64,000 nucleotides of DNA from the human T2T-CHM13v2.0 reference genome, Homo sapiens. Below are positions 29,446 to 42,397 of the stretch, piece after piece. The notes beneath the pieces are model-generated. The model worked only from the letters and a program-made list of their open reading frames with translations. It had not been told where the DNA came from and made no database searches. The stretch lies in assembly GCF_009914755.1 (NCBI RefSeq), contig NC_060930.1. One strand, written 5' to 3'. The first letter of the stretch is position 1. Each line of letters begins with the position of its first letter. Both the position numbers and the translations under genes were made by a program.

Positions 29446-32394
29446 AAAAGTGTAAGTCTCAAAAACTGTGATGCCCTATACAGGGAAGCTACTATTTTCA
29501 TTTTCCAGCACATTCTCTCTACCTTCAGCCAGAGCTAGACTAGGTGAGATTCCATTTTGTTTTTAAAACCCCACAGGGAAACCTCTTCTACAGTTGCCCT
29601 TAGTAACCTACCTGTTATGGAATTCTCACTTCTTTGTCTAATATAAATCCTTGAGGTCTATTCTTGCCTTCCTGGTAAAACTCTTCACCAGGGCAAAATC
29701 CAAAGCACTTGCTGCTTTCTCCCTTGAATCTTACAAGTTCATTGACTTCTACCTTCCCCTCCCTAAACTGCTCCTCATCAGTAGTTTTGCTCAACCTTTG
29801 GTCCACAATTTTCTTAATCTTAGGTTTCTTTGCAAACCCAAACCAGTGACCAGTCATCCCTCCAGATTTCATGCCTTATAACGATCATAATCATCCTTCA
29901 CTGTAGACTTGTGGGGGAGGTGGAAGAGCAAGTGGATAAATTTCACAATTTGCTCCAAGGTTTTCAGTGTTTGGTTCTCATATCACTTCCCATCTATAAA
30001 TTTCAAAGTGCTAGATTATACCCAAAGAATATTACTTTCCTTTGACATAAATAAGCTCAGCTAAAGAGGCAATTTGATTTACTTCAACCCCTGGAAATTA
30101 CTAGGAGAAATTAGAACCTGTTATTTCTGATCCTTCGATCCTTGAGAGGCCAATAGTAGGTGGCATGTTTGTATTTCTCCTGGCTTGTTAATCTCCCATA
30201 TCAATGTGCAATGTCTGTTTTTTTTAGCACTTTCAGGGACACAGAGACTTGGAGTAATTCTTTCCACACTAGAGATAACCTTCCCTACCCAGACCCTCAA
30301 AAATGCTTTTTGGAAGACCGAATTGAGCCATTAGACCAATGCAATATGGGATACAGCCTGCGGGAGCTCTATTGGTCTCTCTGACCTTTCCTTATACCCT
30401 GAATGGGCTGTTCCAGCTACCCACGGAAGTTACACCTTTGACAGTCTCTAGACTGAGTGGATTTCCAGGTCCTAGGCATGTGGTTTCTCCAAGCAGGACA
30501 AGGATGAGCAAGGGGTTCCATTTCACTGTTTCATATAGACCAGAACGCTCCAACGGCATCCCATTTTGAAAGTCGGAGGGAGAAAACAACCGAAAGGCCT
30601 CTTTTCAATAGTAGATGAGTGTTAGTTCATGGTTTCTAATATGAACCACAAAGGAATTAGGAAAATAAGGGGATATTTCTGTTTATAATTCCAAAGTTTC
30701 ATTATTTTAAAACCTTAATCCCAGTGTTAATAAGCAACTTTACTGCTAATGGTGGTTATGTTTGCAGGTGGGACAGTGGAATATTTAATTATCTACATCA
30801 TAGGATTCTGCAACATTTTTTTTTTTTTTTTTTTTTACAATTTGCCTCTTTTACTTTTGTAATCTGAAAAACAACTGCAAAAATAAATAACATTTAAAGA
30901 GAAACTCATTGCAGATAATAATTCAGTGTCATATTGTTCACCACGTAAGAGATCATCTGCCAGCAGCTGCTATCCTGTCTTCCCTTTGCTGGAGATCCTC
31001 CAGGACTTCTGAGCACCTGGGCTCAACCCCAGCCTCATTTCCCTGGCCCTGGATGCTGCCTGCCCCTCTACCCCCATTTCACCCCACCTGGTACTCACAA
31101 TCCTCCACTCATCGAGTGACAGTGCTGGCCATCCACCCGGAAATTCCCTTTAGGGTCTCCTCAGCATTCCATTCCGGATAACTCTTTCACCCATGTCTCT
31201 TACTCTGTAACATATTGCAGATGCAATATTAATTTTCCTTTAGCATATTTTCCTTTATAGGTGGTCTCCAGTTTTTTTAATGTATCAAAGACACCCCAAA
31301 AAGACTATAAGATCCTAAAGACAGTCTTCTCTTTATCCCTAAATAGACTATCAGATCCTAAAGACAATCAATTGCTATTGATCATTTACTAACTATAGTT
31401 AACTGACCAATTATTAAAGGGTCTCCTCGAAAACATTATATTAAATAACTATGAATGTAAATCATCCCCTGTGTTTAACTGAACAACACGGGTAGGAATG
31501 AAGGCCTCTAAGATTTTCCTTTGTGATACGATTTACCTCTTGGTATAATGCACCAAAGACCCCATTGGTGAGTTGAAACTAGAACAGATAACATTACTGT
31601 GGTCGCCCTCCACGGTTCCTAACTTAGTTTGCAATTACAACAGCTTGTCACCATGGAGCAGAGATGTATGAACATCTGTGTTATGCACAGTCACATAAGG
31701 TATATATGGCATATCTCCTACTACTTCATATACTGTCTATTTAATTCTCTTTAATATCATTCACGTCCTTGTTGTGGTTTGCCTGAGTTGTTAGTGTGTG
31801 CTTTATGCCTAAAGGGAAACATCTTGGGACATTTGGGGATTTTCTCGTAGAACTTTTCTTTTTACCAGCTCATTCTTATTCTACACTGTAAGAGCTGAAC
31901 TAGTTTAAAGTGATTCTTTAGATCACTTACCTTAATTTTGAGTCAAGTTTTTCCCAGTGTGGGCACAGACCCCAAACTTCATTTTCCTTGGGTGCTTGCA
32001 GTTTTGTTCTCTCTCCCACAGTAAAATCTAATCTAGGATTTTTTTAAACCATTTATAGGAAAAACCAAATCACCATAGCTGTCACTCCCCAGCTCTGCAT
32101 CCCTGCAGCCTTCCTTCCAAAATGTTAGTGAAACCCACACAACTGCCATCCCCTTTCCAAAGTGTCGCTGGGTGGGTGTCCCTCCCCCACCCACCTCAGT
32201 ATATGCATTGAATCACTGGAGCACGCAAGAGCAGAAATGTATACTAAATAGTGAGGCCCATGCATTTCCCCATTGGTCCCATTAGTCACAGCCCCAGTTT
32301 GTCACAGGAGGGCAGAGGACATCAGAATTAAAATCTAAAATTACTTGTCTTCAACCAGAACAAAGTTTCTAGGCGTTAAAATGGATAACTAGAA

Positions 32395-32631
32395 CAGAAG
32401 TGGACAAATGACTGTCCACACACCAAATCTGTCCCCTCCTCCTGCCTGTTTTGGTAAATAAAATTTTACTGGGATATTGCTATGCCCATTTGTTTATATG
32501 ACATCTATGACTGCTGTCACTGAAACAGTGGCAAAGTAGTTGCACAGAAACCGTGTGGTCTACAAACCGCCCCCCACAAACCCCAAAATACTCACCCTAT
32601 GGCCCTTTACAGAACAAGGTTGCCAATCCTT
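32395..32631 (+). mobile_element. MER58A (hAT-Charlie)
   Basis: gcctgttttggtaaataaaattttactgg...ggccctttacagaacaaggttgcc. Confidence 0.85.
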
Positions 32632-32978
32632 AACTTAGATTTTTTTAAACAGATTTAAGAGAGCTTTTTGACAAAGCCACAAGCACATTCAGTCCAGTGT
32701 GTTTATCTTTGTTAATGTCTTTTTTTTTTTCTGTTCAGTTTCCACTGCCATCACTTTACTTTCAAGAATGGACTCACATTGACTAAATTTTTATGAACAG
32801 AAGAATAAACAGAGAGGGAACCTCTGTTATTGATGCAGATTTTAAATTCCAATTTAAAATTATAATTTCTACTTGCACATTCTTCTGGAAGAGATTATTT
32901 TTGCGGGGAGGGGAAGCACATGTTTGGGGCAGAGGGAAACACAGTACTACCAATTTCATGTACCTGTTTTCTGCATAT

Positions 32979-33102
32979 AAGGTGACTCTTGGTTTGCCTG
33001 GCATAGTCCTAGTTTGCACCTGTTGTTCAGGAGTATTTATTAATAGTGCCATTTTTCATTCCCAGAGTGTCCTGATTTGGACACTAAATTACAAGGCCAA
33101 CT
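32979..33102. mobile_element. MER94
   Basis: ggtttgcctggcatagtcc...ttattaatagtgcc...gtgtcctgatttggac. Confidence 0.65.
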
Positions 33103-33159
33103 GCTTATATAGGTTTTCCCAAAAAAGAGTATTTAAATTTAATGTTTCTCAAAGATCAC

Positions 33160-33405
33160 ATGCAGGAATAAGCTTAAAAGATCTATTGTATAATATTGTG
33201 ACTATAGTTAATAACAAACGTATATTTGAAAATTGCTAACAGAGTAGGTTTTAAATGATCTCATCACAAAAAATAAGTACGTGAGGTAATGCATAAGTTA
33301 TTTAGCTTTACTTAGCCATTCCACAATGTGTGTGTGTATATATACATATAGATCTTGAAATATGTTGTATACCATAAATATGTACAATTTTGTTAAAAAT
33401 AATAA
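33160..33405 (+). mobile_element. L1MA 3' end
   Basis: gatctattgta...gtgactatagttaataac...aaaattgctaacagagtag...gccattccacaatg. Confidence 0.85.
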
Positions 33406-34001
33406 TACCATATCATATGCATTCCAGGAATAAAGATTAGAAAATCATTTTCATAAGAGATTCATCTAGATCAATAGAAATACATAACACTCATTAAAAG
33501 CTAATTTCGTTCCCTGTTTCTATTTTACACAATTTAGAAGAGAGTCATCTCTATGAACTTCTTGAAGCTTCTCTGGATAAATAGCAGGAAACTGTGGCCT
33601 CAGCACTGTTTGTGTGGGACATAGGAAAGATAGATCTTTAAAGACTGTTATCTTTACACCTAAGCATAGAGAGCCAGAACAGAGAGAAAAGGGGGAAAAT
33701 TGTTTTTATTCCAGATGATGTCCTAACACAGAGAACTGGAGGGACGGAAAAGTAACGGCTGTATTCTCCCAATGTCGATTTCCTATAGATTTATTTCATT
33801 TACTAATTCTGTTTGTAGGGGGGAAACAAAGGAGGAAAAAATGTAGAGAAGAGTGTTCTGAGACTTGTGGACCCAGAGGGGAGAGTTGCAGAAGCAATTA
33901 CAACCTTCTGCAGAGCAGGCGGCTCCAGCAGCCCCGTCTACAGCTCTGTCTCCTGATTTAATATAATCAGCAGCCTGAGTAGATAATGACTAGGTTGAGA
34001 T

Positions 34002-34015
34002 GTTCCCGTGGCAAC
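34002..34015. promoter_or_regulatory. RFX X-box motif
   Basis: GTTCCCGTGGCAAC fits the GTTNCC-NN-GGNAAC consensus; motif only, no functional data. Confidence 0.55.
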
Positions 34016-34491
34016 CATCTCAGAGCAACACAAAGTGATTTCCACACCGGCTCAGCAGAGGAAGTGACATACAAAGAAAACGTGCTCAGGGACTGTGGAG
34101 CTTGAGGAAAAGAAACAGCTTCAGCCTGAGGTTTTAGGGCACCAAGTATCCACTGCTACAGAGAACCCAGAGCTCCAGACCAGCCCCTGGGCTTTGCAGT
34201 AGTAGGTTAATTGGCTATTTGGCTTTTCCTGACTGTTAATTTGCTAATCTTGATCTTTAAAGCTCTATTCCTTCAGACTTGACTCTCCTGTCAGGGTCAT
34301 CTTAACTGCACAAGCATGAGGTCATTTTAGTAGAGCTACAAAAATATTTCCCTTTACTTATTATTTCCCAAATGGAACCAATATATACAAACATATATAT
34401 TTTTTAACCTTTCTATGAAGAAGTGACCCAGAGACTCAAATATTTTTTTAAAGCTGCCATCTAAAACATATTATACCCTGCAGCCATTCTT

Positions 34492-34539
34492 TCTTTGACA
34501 TATAAAACACACTCTCTTTGACATATAAAACACACTCTC
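34492..34539. repeat. Perfect 23-bp tandem duplication
   Basis: TCTTTGACATATAAAACACACTC x2 plus TC. Confidence 0.95.
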
Positions 34540-35149
34540 GATGAAGGACTGTTGAACAAAAGCCACTCAGTATGCTGGAAATCATCTGGCCCTAAGTGAT
34601 AGCCCCATCTTAAAGATGGAGGGACAGTTTCCTTCCAGACTCCATTTCCTATGAGAGAATTCTTGGCAGACAGTTACAGCCTTTTAGTAACCTTACAGAT
34701 ACCTTTTCCTGTCACCTATAAGAACTACACAAAATGCAAAGAATCTGAACTAAAATGTCATTGGATGATTTGAATTCAGTCATGCTGAGAAGATGCTATC
34801 CCACCCCCAGCCCTGTGTTCCCCAAGCGGAGAAGGGAGGTGTCCGCTGGGACTTGTTCAGACTTCTCCTCACACTTGTGAGTGCCAAGGTAACACCCTAC
34901 AATTTCAAAGTTCAATATTTACCTTCCTCTAGAAGAAAGGCAAGGCACTGGCTGTGGTAGTGGTGCTTTCTGGCTCAGCTGGATCTTGCTCCATGATGGT
35001 GCACTCAGGGCTTCTGGCTGCAAGCTCCCAGCACTTCAGCTGCGGAAGTGCCAGGGCAGCAGGATGGTTAACCACTGAAATGCCCACTAGCTTGCAGAAG
35101 ACAGAGTTGGCGATGTCCCGACTCTCCCTATTACTACCCCTCGACGGAG

Positions 35150-35440
35150 CACCTCCTATGGTAGGCATTGTACCAGTGCTGGAGATACAAAGATGAATGA
35201 GACATGGCCACTGCCCTTGAGGGATTTACAGTAGCATAAGCTACTGTATCTACAATTTATTTACAAATACATTTTGATGTGGTGTGATACACCAAATAAT
35301 ACATGCCTGTATAATAACAGCATACATAATATGAGAAATATATGCATCTACGGGATTCAGAGGAGTTCGAGAAGGGAATAATTAACTCTGTCTTGGAAAT
35401 TAAGGAAGTCTTCCTGGGAGAAGTTAAAACACAAGCAGAT
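35150..35440 (-). mobile_element. L2 3' end
   Basis: gagcacctcctatggtaggcattgtaccagtgctggagatacaaagatgaatgagac...ctgcccttgaggga. Confidence 0.7.
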
Positions 35441-36059
35441 TATGGAAGCAACAGTGAAATAAAAGAGGGCTGTATGCTAAGGTCAACTATTAGGGCCATT
35501 ATAAAATACGCTTTAAGACTTAAGAAACCAGGAAAACATTGTCAACAAGTTTGCTCAACTAGATAAAAGTGTTATTGAAAGACAAAGTATTCTAGTGGGA
35601 TCCAAGCAGAGAAGTCAGGAAAAATTATACAACATATGTCTGAGAAAAAACATATTCAAAAAGAAACCATTTTCACCTTCTACATCTAAAAGTGAAAACA
35701 GCCATTGCCTTCTGTTAACCTGTCTGACATCATTTAATGGATTACTTTTTATCTGAAGGATGAAAAATAGAAAATTGAGTTAGGGAGTCCAGTACTTCCT
35801 CTGGGTTTTCATTCATTTATTCAGTCAACAAACAGCACCTACTCTATGCCAAGAAGGCCATGAAACCCAGGTGCTCTGAGCCACACCAACCGCCACAGGA
35901 CTGAGATAGCCTTTTGTATGATGGCTACCTTCTGTCTCAGACAGCAGTGGGACTGGGGTCTACCAGAGACACCAAACAAAAATATCTGAACAATTCCTTT
36001 TAAGTCAACAAGGACCGGGGAGATGGGGGAGAAACCTGCTATATGCTATATCTGGGCAG

Positions 36060-36880
36060 AAAATTCTGAGGGCTAGAAAGGAAACTATGAGATATTCTGC
36101 TACCCTCAAAGAGCAAACAATCTCATTACATAGACAAGGAAAATAAACATTACACCAAGTACCATACAACAAAGTAAATGATCTAATTCTAAAATAAGTA
36201 ACAATAATCAGAGACAAGAGAAGGCAGAGATTACTGAAGTAACCTGAGCAGAAGAAGGCTTTATGGTCTTGTGCTAAACACTGAAAGATAAGACAGTGTT
36301 GACTGATTAAGGAGTTGCCTATAAGGGAGACTGACCTACATATGAGGACATAACGTCATTAAGTAGGAAGAAGGTCCAAAAAGTAGCAAATAAAGTTCAT
36401 TAACTAGAGAGAAAGGCTTGGAATGCCAAGATAAAGAATTCAAACTTGTCTCATTAAGAAGAGGATCTCTAGAGAATTTTGCAAAAAAGGTGAACCGGAT
36501 AAAACACTGTTTGAGAAAATTAACTAACATCCATATGTAGGAGACACAGTTTCAATGAATCCAAAGAAATGTAATCAGGCTGCAGACTGTGATGGCTGTA
36601 GAGATGATAGTGTAAATCCACAGATTTCATATAAAAGAAGACATAAAACTGGAGGATACTGAATATTGGGAGAGCCAGAGTTGGTCTGGCCATCTGAAAA
36701 ATTGGAGCTGAGATCAACAGTCAGAAAAGTTAGAGGATGAGTTAGGGGAAAGATGGTAAGCTCCACTGGGACAGGTTGAGTTTGCAGGAGAATCGAGTGG
36801 AAATGTCCGGAAGAAAGCTAGAAATAATGGACTAAAGTGCAGAGGAGAGGTCTATTTTGGGAATTCCACTTGGGAATCAT
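36060..36880 (-). mobile_element. L2 relic
   Basis: aaggcttggaatgccaagataaagaattc...caggttgagtttg...gtggaaatgtcc. Confidence 0.6.
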
Positions 36881-38029
36881 AATCATTCATGAGCCATCTG
36901 GCCAGAACAGGCGTCATGAAGTCAACCAACTACTTTTGTTCAGGGGCCCCTGTATTTTTAGTTTATAATAAGCTTGATTTTGAAAAGCATTACAAGACTG
37001 TCCATGAGAAATCCCACAAAGAAATTAGTTTCCTTTAGTGAGAAACTCTAAATTTTTCTCTGTGAGAAACTATTTAGACATAAGAGTTCAGGCACCACCT
37101 CACTCCCTCATGATGGATTCTATTGAGTACAAAAGTGACTTGTGTCAGATCCCAGCGGATTTGCTAACTCACCTGAACACAGCACAGAGAAATGGCCATT
37201 TTCTACTACAGCACTTCCTTGAGCGAAACTCTAACCCACTCAAAGTATTTTCAGCATAGTGGCTTCTTTGGATTTCTGGAGACATTAAAATATAGAGGGA
37301 AGCAGAAGTAAATTAAGTTTTTTTTACTGAAGTTACCTATGAGTCACTGAGCTAAAATGACTTGTTTGTTCAATAAAATTAAATTCAACCTCCTACCCAG
37401 AAACAGGCAGAGCCTATCTCTGTGACCTCATTAATAAACCAAATGCAGGGCTATTTTTTTCATTGCCATCCCACCTTCAACGTTTCAGAATATCTAAGGG
37501 ATTCACTGTGGTCCCCATTCTACTGTATGTATGAAAAACCAGAACATGGCCCCATCCTTAATATCTTTTGTATGTTTTCAAACTGAGATCTCAGGGTTCA
37601 CACACAAGATCAAAAAGACCTTTTTTTCTTTCTAACTAGCAGACCAAATTGCCTTGGGGCATCTGGGTCCTTTATTACTTTTAAGTAAGCTGGGGAAGAA
37701 GGGCAGAAGTTATGGAGGAAAGTCCCAAGAAGAAGGTGGCCAATGCCACTATATCTAACAACAGCCACCATAACAGCTCTAGTCTGAGAGGTGCTTAACC
37801 CCAGGCACAGGATGTACAAGGCCAGGTGTGCACCCCTCTTAGGCAAGGTCCCCAGGCTATAGGTCTCTTGGAAGCCTGGAAGCACAGGAGGATTGCTGTG
37901 AATACTAAAAATAAAAATGAGTCCCTTCACAACCAAACCACGGCTGCCTCTCTGCCTCTTCTACCATGGTTGCCCCACCCAGAGCTCCAAGCTCACTAAG
38001 TCATCATCAATAGAGGAGCCCACAGAAAG

Positions 38030-38750
38030 ACCATGAGCTTTGAAGTTAGACCTGGGTTTGAATCCTACTTATACTGTGAGCTTGAAAAAGATGCCCAAAC
38101 TACTTAATGTTCACATACATGCAAGATTTTAATTTGATTGGGTTGTGGTGAGGAGTAAATGAGATAAATGTGTCCAGAAGCCTGCCTTGCTTATAATAGG
38201 TCCATAATAAATACAGTTGAGTTTTGGATGTCCCTTCTCTCTCTGCTGAGTACATCCCTCTCCAGCCACCTCTTCTCCTAGGAAGCATCTGTTCACCCTT
38301 CAAGCCCTGGCCCCATCATTATGTCCTTTGTGAAGCCTTCTTCAATCCTCCCAAAGGAGTGAACTCATCATTCTCTCTGCACTCCCACTACATCTCCCAG
38401 AAAGCATTATCACATTGTAACTGCGAAGTCATTGAACCTGAATTTCTGGAGGTAGAGCCCAGGATATTTTCAAAACAGCCTCAGGCAACCTGAAGCAACA
38501 AGCCTGGCTCTGGGCCTTCCAGGAATATTTGGGAACCACTATATATGTCAATTATGGCATACAAATTATATCTATGCTTTGCACAGTTAGACTCATTTAA
38601 TCCCCATAAACACCCTATAAAGTAGCCACTACTATTACAGATGAGGAAACTGAGACTGAAAGAGGAGAAATAACTCAACCAAGGTCACCCAGCTTGTAAG
38701 CCAGAATTTAAACCCCAAATATATAATCGCAGAGCACAAGCTTTTAACCA
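38030..38750. mobile_element. Cluster: MIR (+, ~38030-38220), MER5-like (~38425-38540), MIR (-, ~38555-38750)
   Basis: gacctgggtttgaatcct; ttgggaaccact; acagatgaggaaactgagac...ccaaggtcacccagc. Confidence 0.6.
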
Positions 38751-40014
38751 TAGTAAAGTATAATCCTTTTTATATATGAATTTTAATATTCAAAGGCAAT
38801 ATATGATGCAGTATACTCCTTTTACAATGAACATATATATGCCAATTATTCCTTTTAAATATTTTTTATAAATTATGAAAATTTTCTTTTTATAGTACAT
38901 TTAGATTATTTCCTTTTGGTATTAAATGACTTCAGTATCATTGAACAAATATTCCTATAACTGAATGAGAAAATATGAGATTAAACATCTAAAAAATCAG
39001 ATTTTGCAATATTTCTACTGTATTTTCTAATATTCCTGCCACTCTGGTGGAAGACGCCAAATGACAGACTGCACATTTCATCGCCTGACCTTGTGTTCTT
39101 TGATAAGAAAGAAAAGGGCGTGGTGGTGACAACTGAGGATACTTGTAAGCTGCCCCCAAAGAAGAAGGAAATGGAATCGCTATTGTGACAAATTAAAGTC
39201 AGATTTGTAGCTGCCACCAGTTGCTTTAATTTTTCTCAAGGGGGAGTTGGTTATTTCCTGTCGTGCAAACCATGAATCGCTGAAAGAAACAATTTCTCAA
39301 AATGTTTATAACATATTAGATAAAAAGCAGAATAGAAAAGTCTATATCCAAAAAGAAGATCTCAGTTATGTTTATTAAAATATGCCAAAATCCGAACAAG
39401 GGTTCTTTCTAGATGATTATTGTTCTTCTGGTTTTCTATTTTTTTCCTACTGGAAGCATGTATTCCTTTTATAATCAGAAAAAAATGAGATTTTATTTTT
39501 AAAAATTTCAATGTCCGCCAGAAAAAGAACCTTTATTTTTCTTCCAAAGGAATATCAAGATGCAGAAAATGAAATTGCAGCCATAGGCCAGAAAACATTA
39601 TTTAACAGGCCTAAATTGGAAAATTGGTTGGAAATTGTGAAGTTGGGTGTTTCTCAAAAGCTATGTAAGCTACTTTGCTTGTCATTTTAAAGTGAAATTT
39701 ATTCCAAAGAGCACAAAATCAAAGTTCTTATTCACATTTGAACAGCACTTTAGACTTTGCAAAGCTTTTAAATGAAGACACTCAAAAAATCATTGAGCCC
39801 AGTTTTTCATTTTATAAGCAAACAAAAACAAAAAACAGGCCAAGTGATTCAAGCAAAGCTATGAAAGAGTTAACCAGGGTTGGGCTCTTCTTACATTCTG
39901 TCTTTCCACTCAACCATATAAGGCTTCCTTATATAAGCCTTACCTTCAAGATATAAAATAACTTTTACCACTTGCAAAAAGAGAAAATAAAACACCAGGA
40001 TTCCCCTTGAAGGT

Positions 40015-40225
40015 GGTTGGTGTTGGCTCCAGAGCCGGCTGCCTGGGTTTAGATTCCAGTAGCAGTTGCTACAGGACTTTGATCTACTGACCCCTGGTCC
40101 TCTGATTCCTCCGGGCTAGAAAAGACGATTCACAAGTGCACATCTCATGGGTTATTGTGGGAAGTAGTGAGTAAGCGTGCTTAGAGTGCTAGTGTAATAC
40201 CTGCCATGGTATCAATTATTTTATT
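40015..40225 (+). mobile_element. MIR
   Basis: ggctccagagccggctgcctgggttt...catctcatgggttattgtggg. Confidence 0.55.
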
Positions 40226-41654
40226 ATTACAGATATTAGTATTCCCATTTAAGAAGGGCATAGGACACATAACAATATAAAGTACTTGACTTATAGTGAA
40301 GTAGAGAATGGCCTATTAACCCTTTTCAGTTTTCCATTCTATAGTTTTATCTTTTTTCTGACAGGTATTTACTGAGCTCCCCCTACAATGCCTGCAGCAT
40401 TGCTTTCCAACATGTGGTTGTTAATAAATTGGTAGAGAGACTGATGGCTGGAAAAGTGAGGCTAGGGAAGGTTGTTTTGTTTTGTTTTTCACAAGACATT
40501 GAAGCAAGCTGAAATCATGGTGAGAAGGATCTAGTTGAGAAAGAACCATGGAATAGACCAGAAAAATCATAACTGAGAATAAAGTGTCCTGAGAAGATGG
40601 GAGGGGATGACTGGCCTGAGAAAAGGAGGCAACTCTCCTAACAGCAGGTGGGAAGAAGGAAAGAAGGGATGCAACGCAGGGGGTTTGGTAGGTTTCATAG
40701 CAGAAAAGTAAGGAATTTCCCATCTAACAACTTCTCGTTTCTCCATGAAGTAGCAAGCCAGGTAGAGAACAGTAGAGATGGGGCAGCCCGAGGGGCCACC
40801 AGAGCTTGGTGGTCTTGCTTTTGTGGCACTATATGTCAGTATAGCCCAGAGAGATAGTTCTGTGCTCCACCTGGCCACCAGCAGTCAATGTCATCAAAAG
40901 CATCACAGGGAAATTCCATCAGCAGTGTGGTCGCCTGGCTCAGCCTTGGTCATCTAAGTCTTTACCATTGTTTTCAGCTTTCCCCTCCTCAGTTTGGGCT
41001 AGTATAGACAAGCCTACCACTATTCCCACCCTCCCCTACATGTCCACATCTCCCTTAGCAATGCACACTGAAAAACAAGAAAAATTATAACCTTGTGTCT
41101 GACTCCCCTCTCCTTCCTGAACTCATTTGTGCTCTGTGGGTAATATCATCTATAAGGAAGGTCTAGCAGTGGAAACAAGTTTTCCCTGTCCCTCGGTGTC
41201 TGGGCCCTGGCACACCCACCCCATCCACATGATCATCCACTACTGGTCACTCATCACCTGAAGCCAGCTGTGACTGCAGCTAGTTCACTTCTAGGCAGGG
41301 GTTGGGAGATGTCCCCTCCTTGCTTTCCTGTGATTCTGGATCCTATAATGCTAATCTTTTCTCCCAAGAGATGCCAAGAAATTAGGCAAGTAGAAGCCCA
41401 GTATCCCCTTCCCTCTCCTACCTACCATTTTTCGACAATTCTTTATGTGTAAGGAAAAGAATTCCCCATCTCCCATCTTCTTTTCCCATTCTTTCATTTC
41501 ATGTTCTACCACATTAGCTTTATTTTCTGTTTTGGAGAGAATTCTTGGAAAAGACCAGAAAGCTAAAAATGTATTTTTAGAAAGTCCTCCTTGGAAGACC
41601 TAAGATCATCCCTTTTTAAAAAAAGGAGAAAGGGTAAACTAGATTACACTATTC

Positions 41655-42095
41655 ACATTTATTGAGCAACTACTGTGTACCAGGCCATAAGTGCTAAAAG
41701 AAATAAAGGATGAACAAAACATTTTGGGAAAGGGCTGATACAGAACTCACTAGAACACCAGCTAAATTGGCAAGTGTCACGAGGTTCTAATGGAGAAAGC
41801 ACTGGACATTCTAGTGAAGGACCTTGTGGAAAGGTTGGCATTGGCATTTGGACAATGACTGGATTTTTGTAAGTAGAAGTTTTTTTAAAGTGCATTCAAA
41901 AAAAGACCAGGTATGGGAAAATGCTGAATACGTTTAAAGGGTGAGCACCTCAGATTCTGCGGTGAATGTGTAGTGCTGAAAGGGTATTGCATAGTTGGAG
42001 GGACGGTAATCAGAATTGATGTAAAATTAGGCTGAAACCCTTACTAAATGTTAAGGGTTGGTTAGAACCAGACCAGTGATGGTCTTGAATGCCAA
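41655..42095 (-). mobile_element. L2 3' region (target of the AluY)
   Basis: catttattgagcaactactgtgtaccaggc...ggtcttgaatgcca. Confidence 0.65.
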
Positions 42096-42104
42096 TTTAT
42101 AATC

Positions 42105-42397
42105 TTTTTTTTTTTTGAGACGGAGTCTTGCTGTGTCACCCAGGCTGGAGCGCAGTGGTGTGATCTTGGCTCACTGCAAGCTCCGCCTCCCGGGTTCACG
42201 CCACTCTCCTGCCTCAGCCTCCTGAGTAGCTGGGACTCCAGGCGCCCACCACCACGCCCGGCTAATTTTTTGTATTTTTAGTAGAGATGGGGTTTCACCG
42301 TGTTAGCCAGGATGGTCTGGATCTCCTGACCCCATGATCCGCCTGTCTCGGCCTCCCAAAGTGCTGGGATTACAGGCGTGAGCCACCACGCCCAGCT
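42105..42397 (-). mobile_element. AluY
   Basis: Diagnostic gcaagctccgcc, ttcacgcca, tgttagccaggatggtct; T tail at left. Confidence 0.95.

Noticed and set aside
32793-33239. 148-aa ORF (and likewise the 147-aa ORF at 54434-54877)
   Set aside because: The first runs through MER94 and L1MA sequence and the second ends in a poly(A) run; neither has exon-like boundaries
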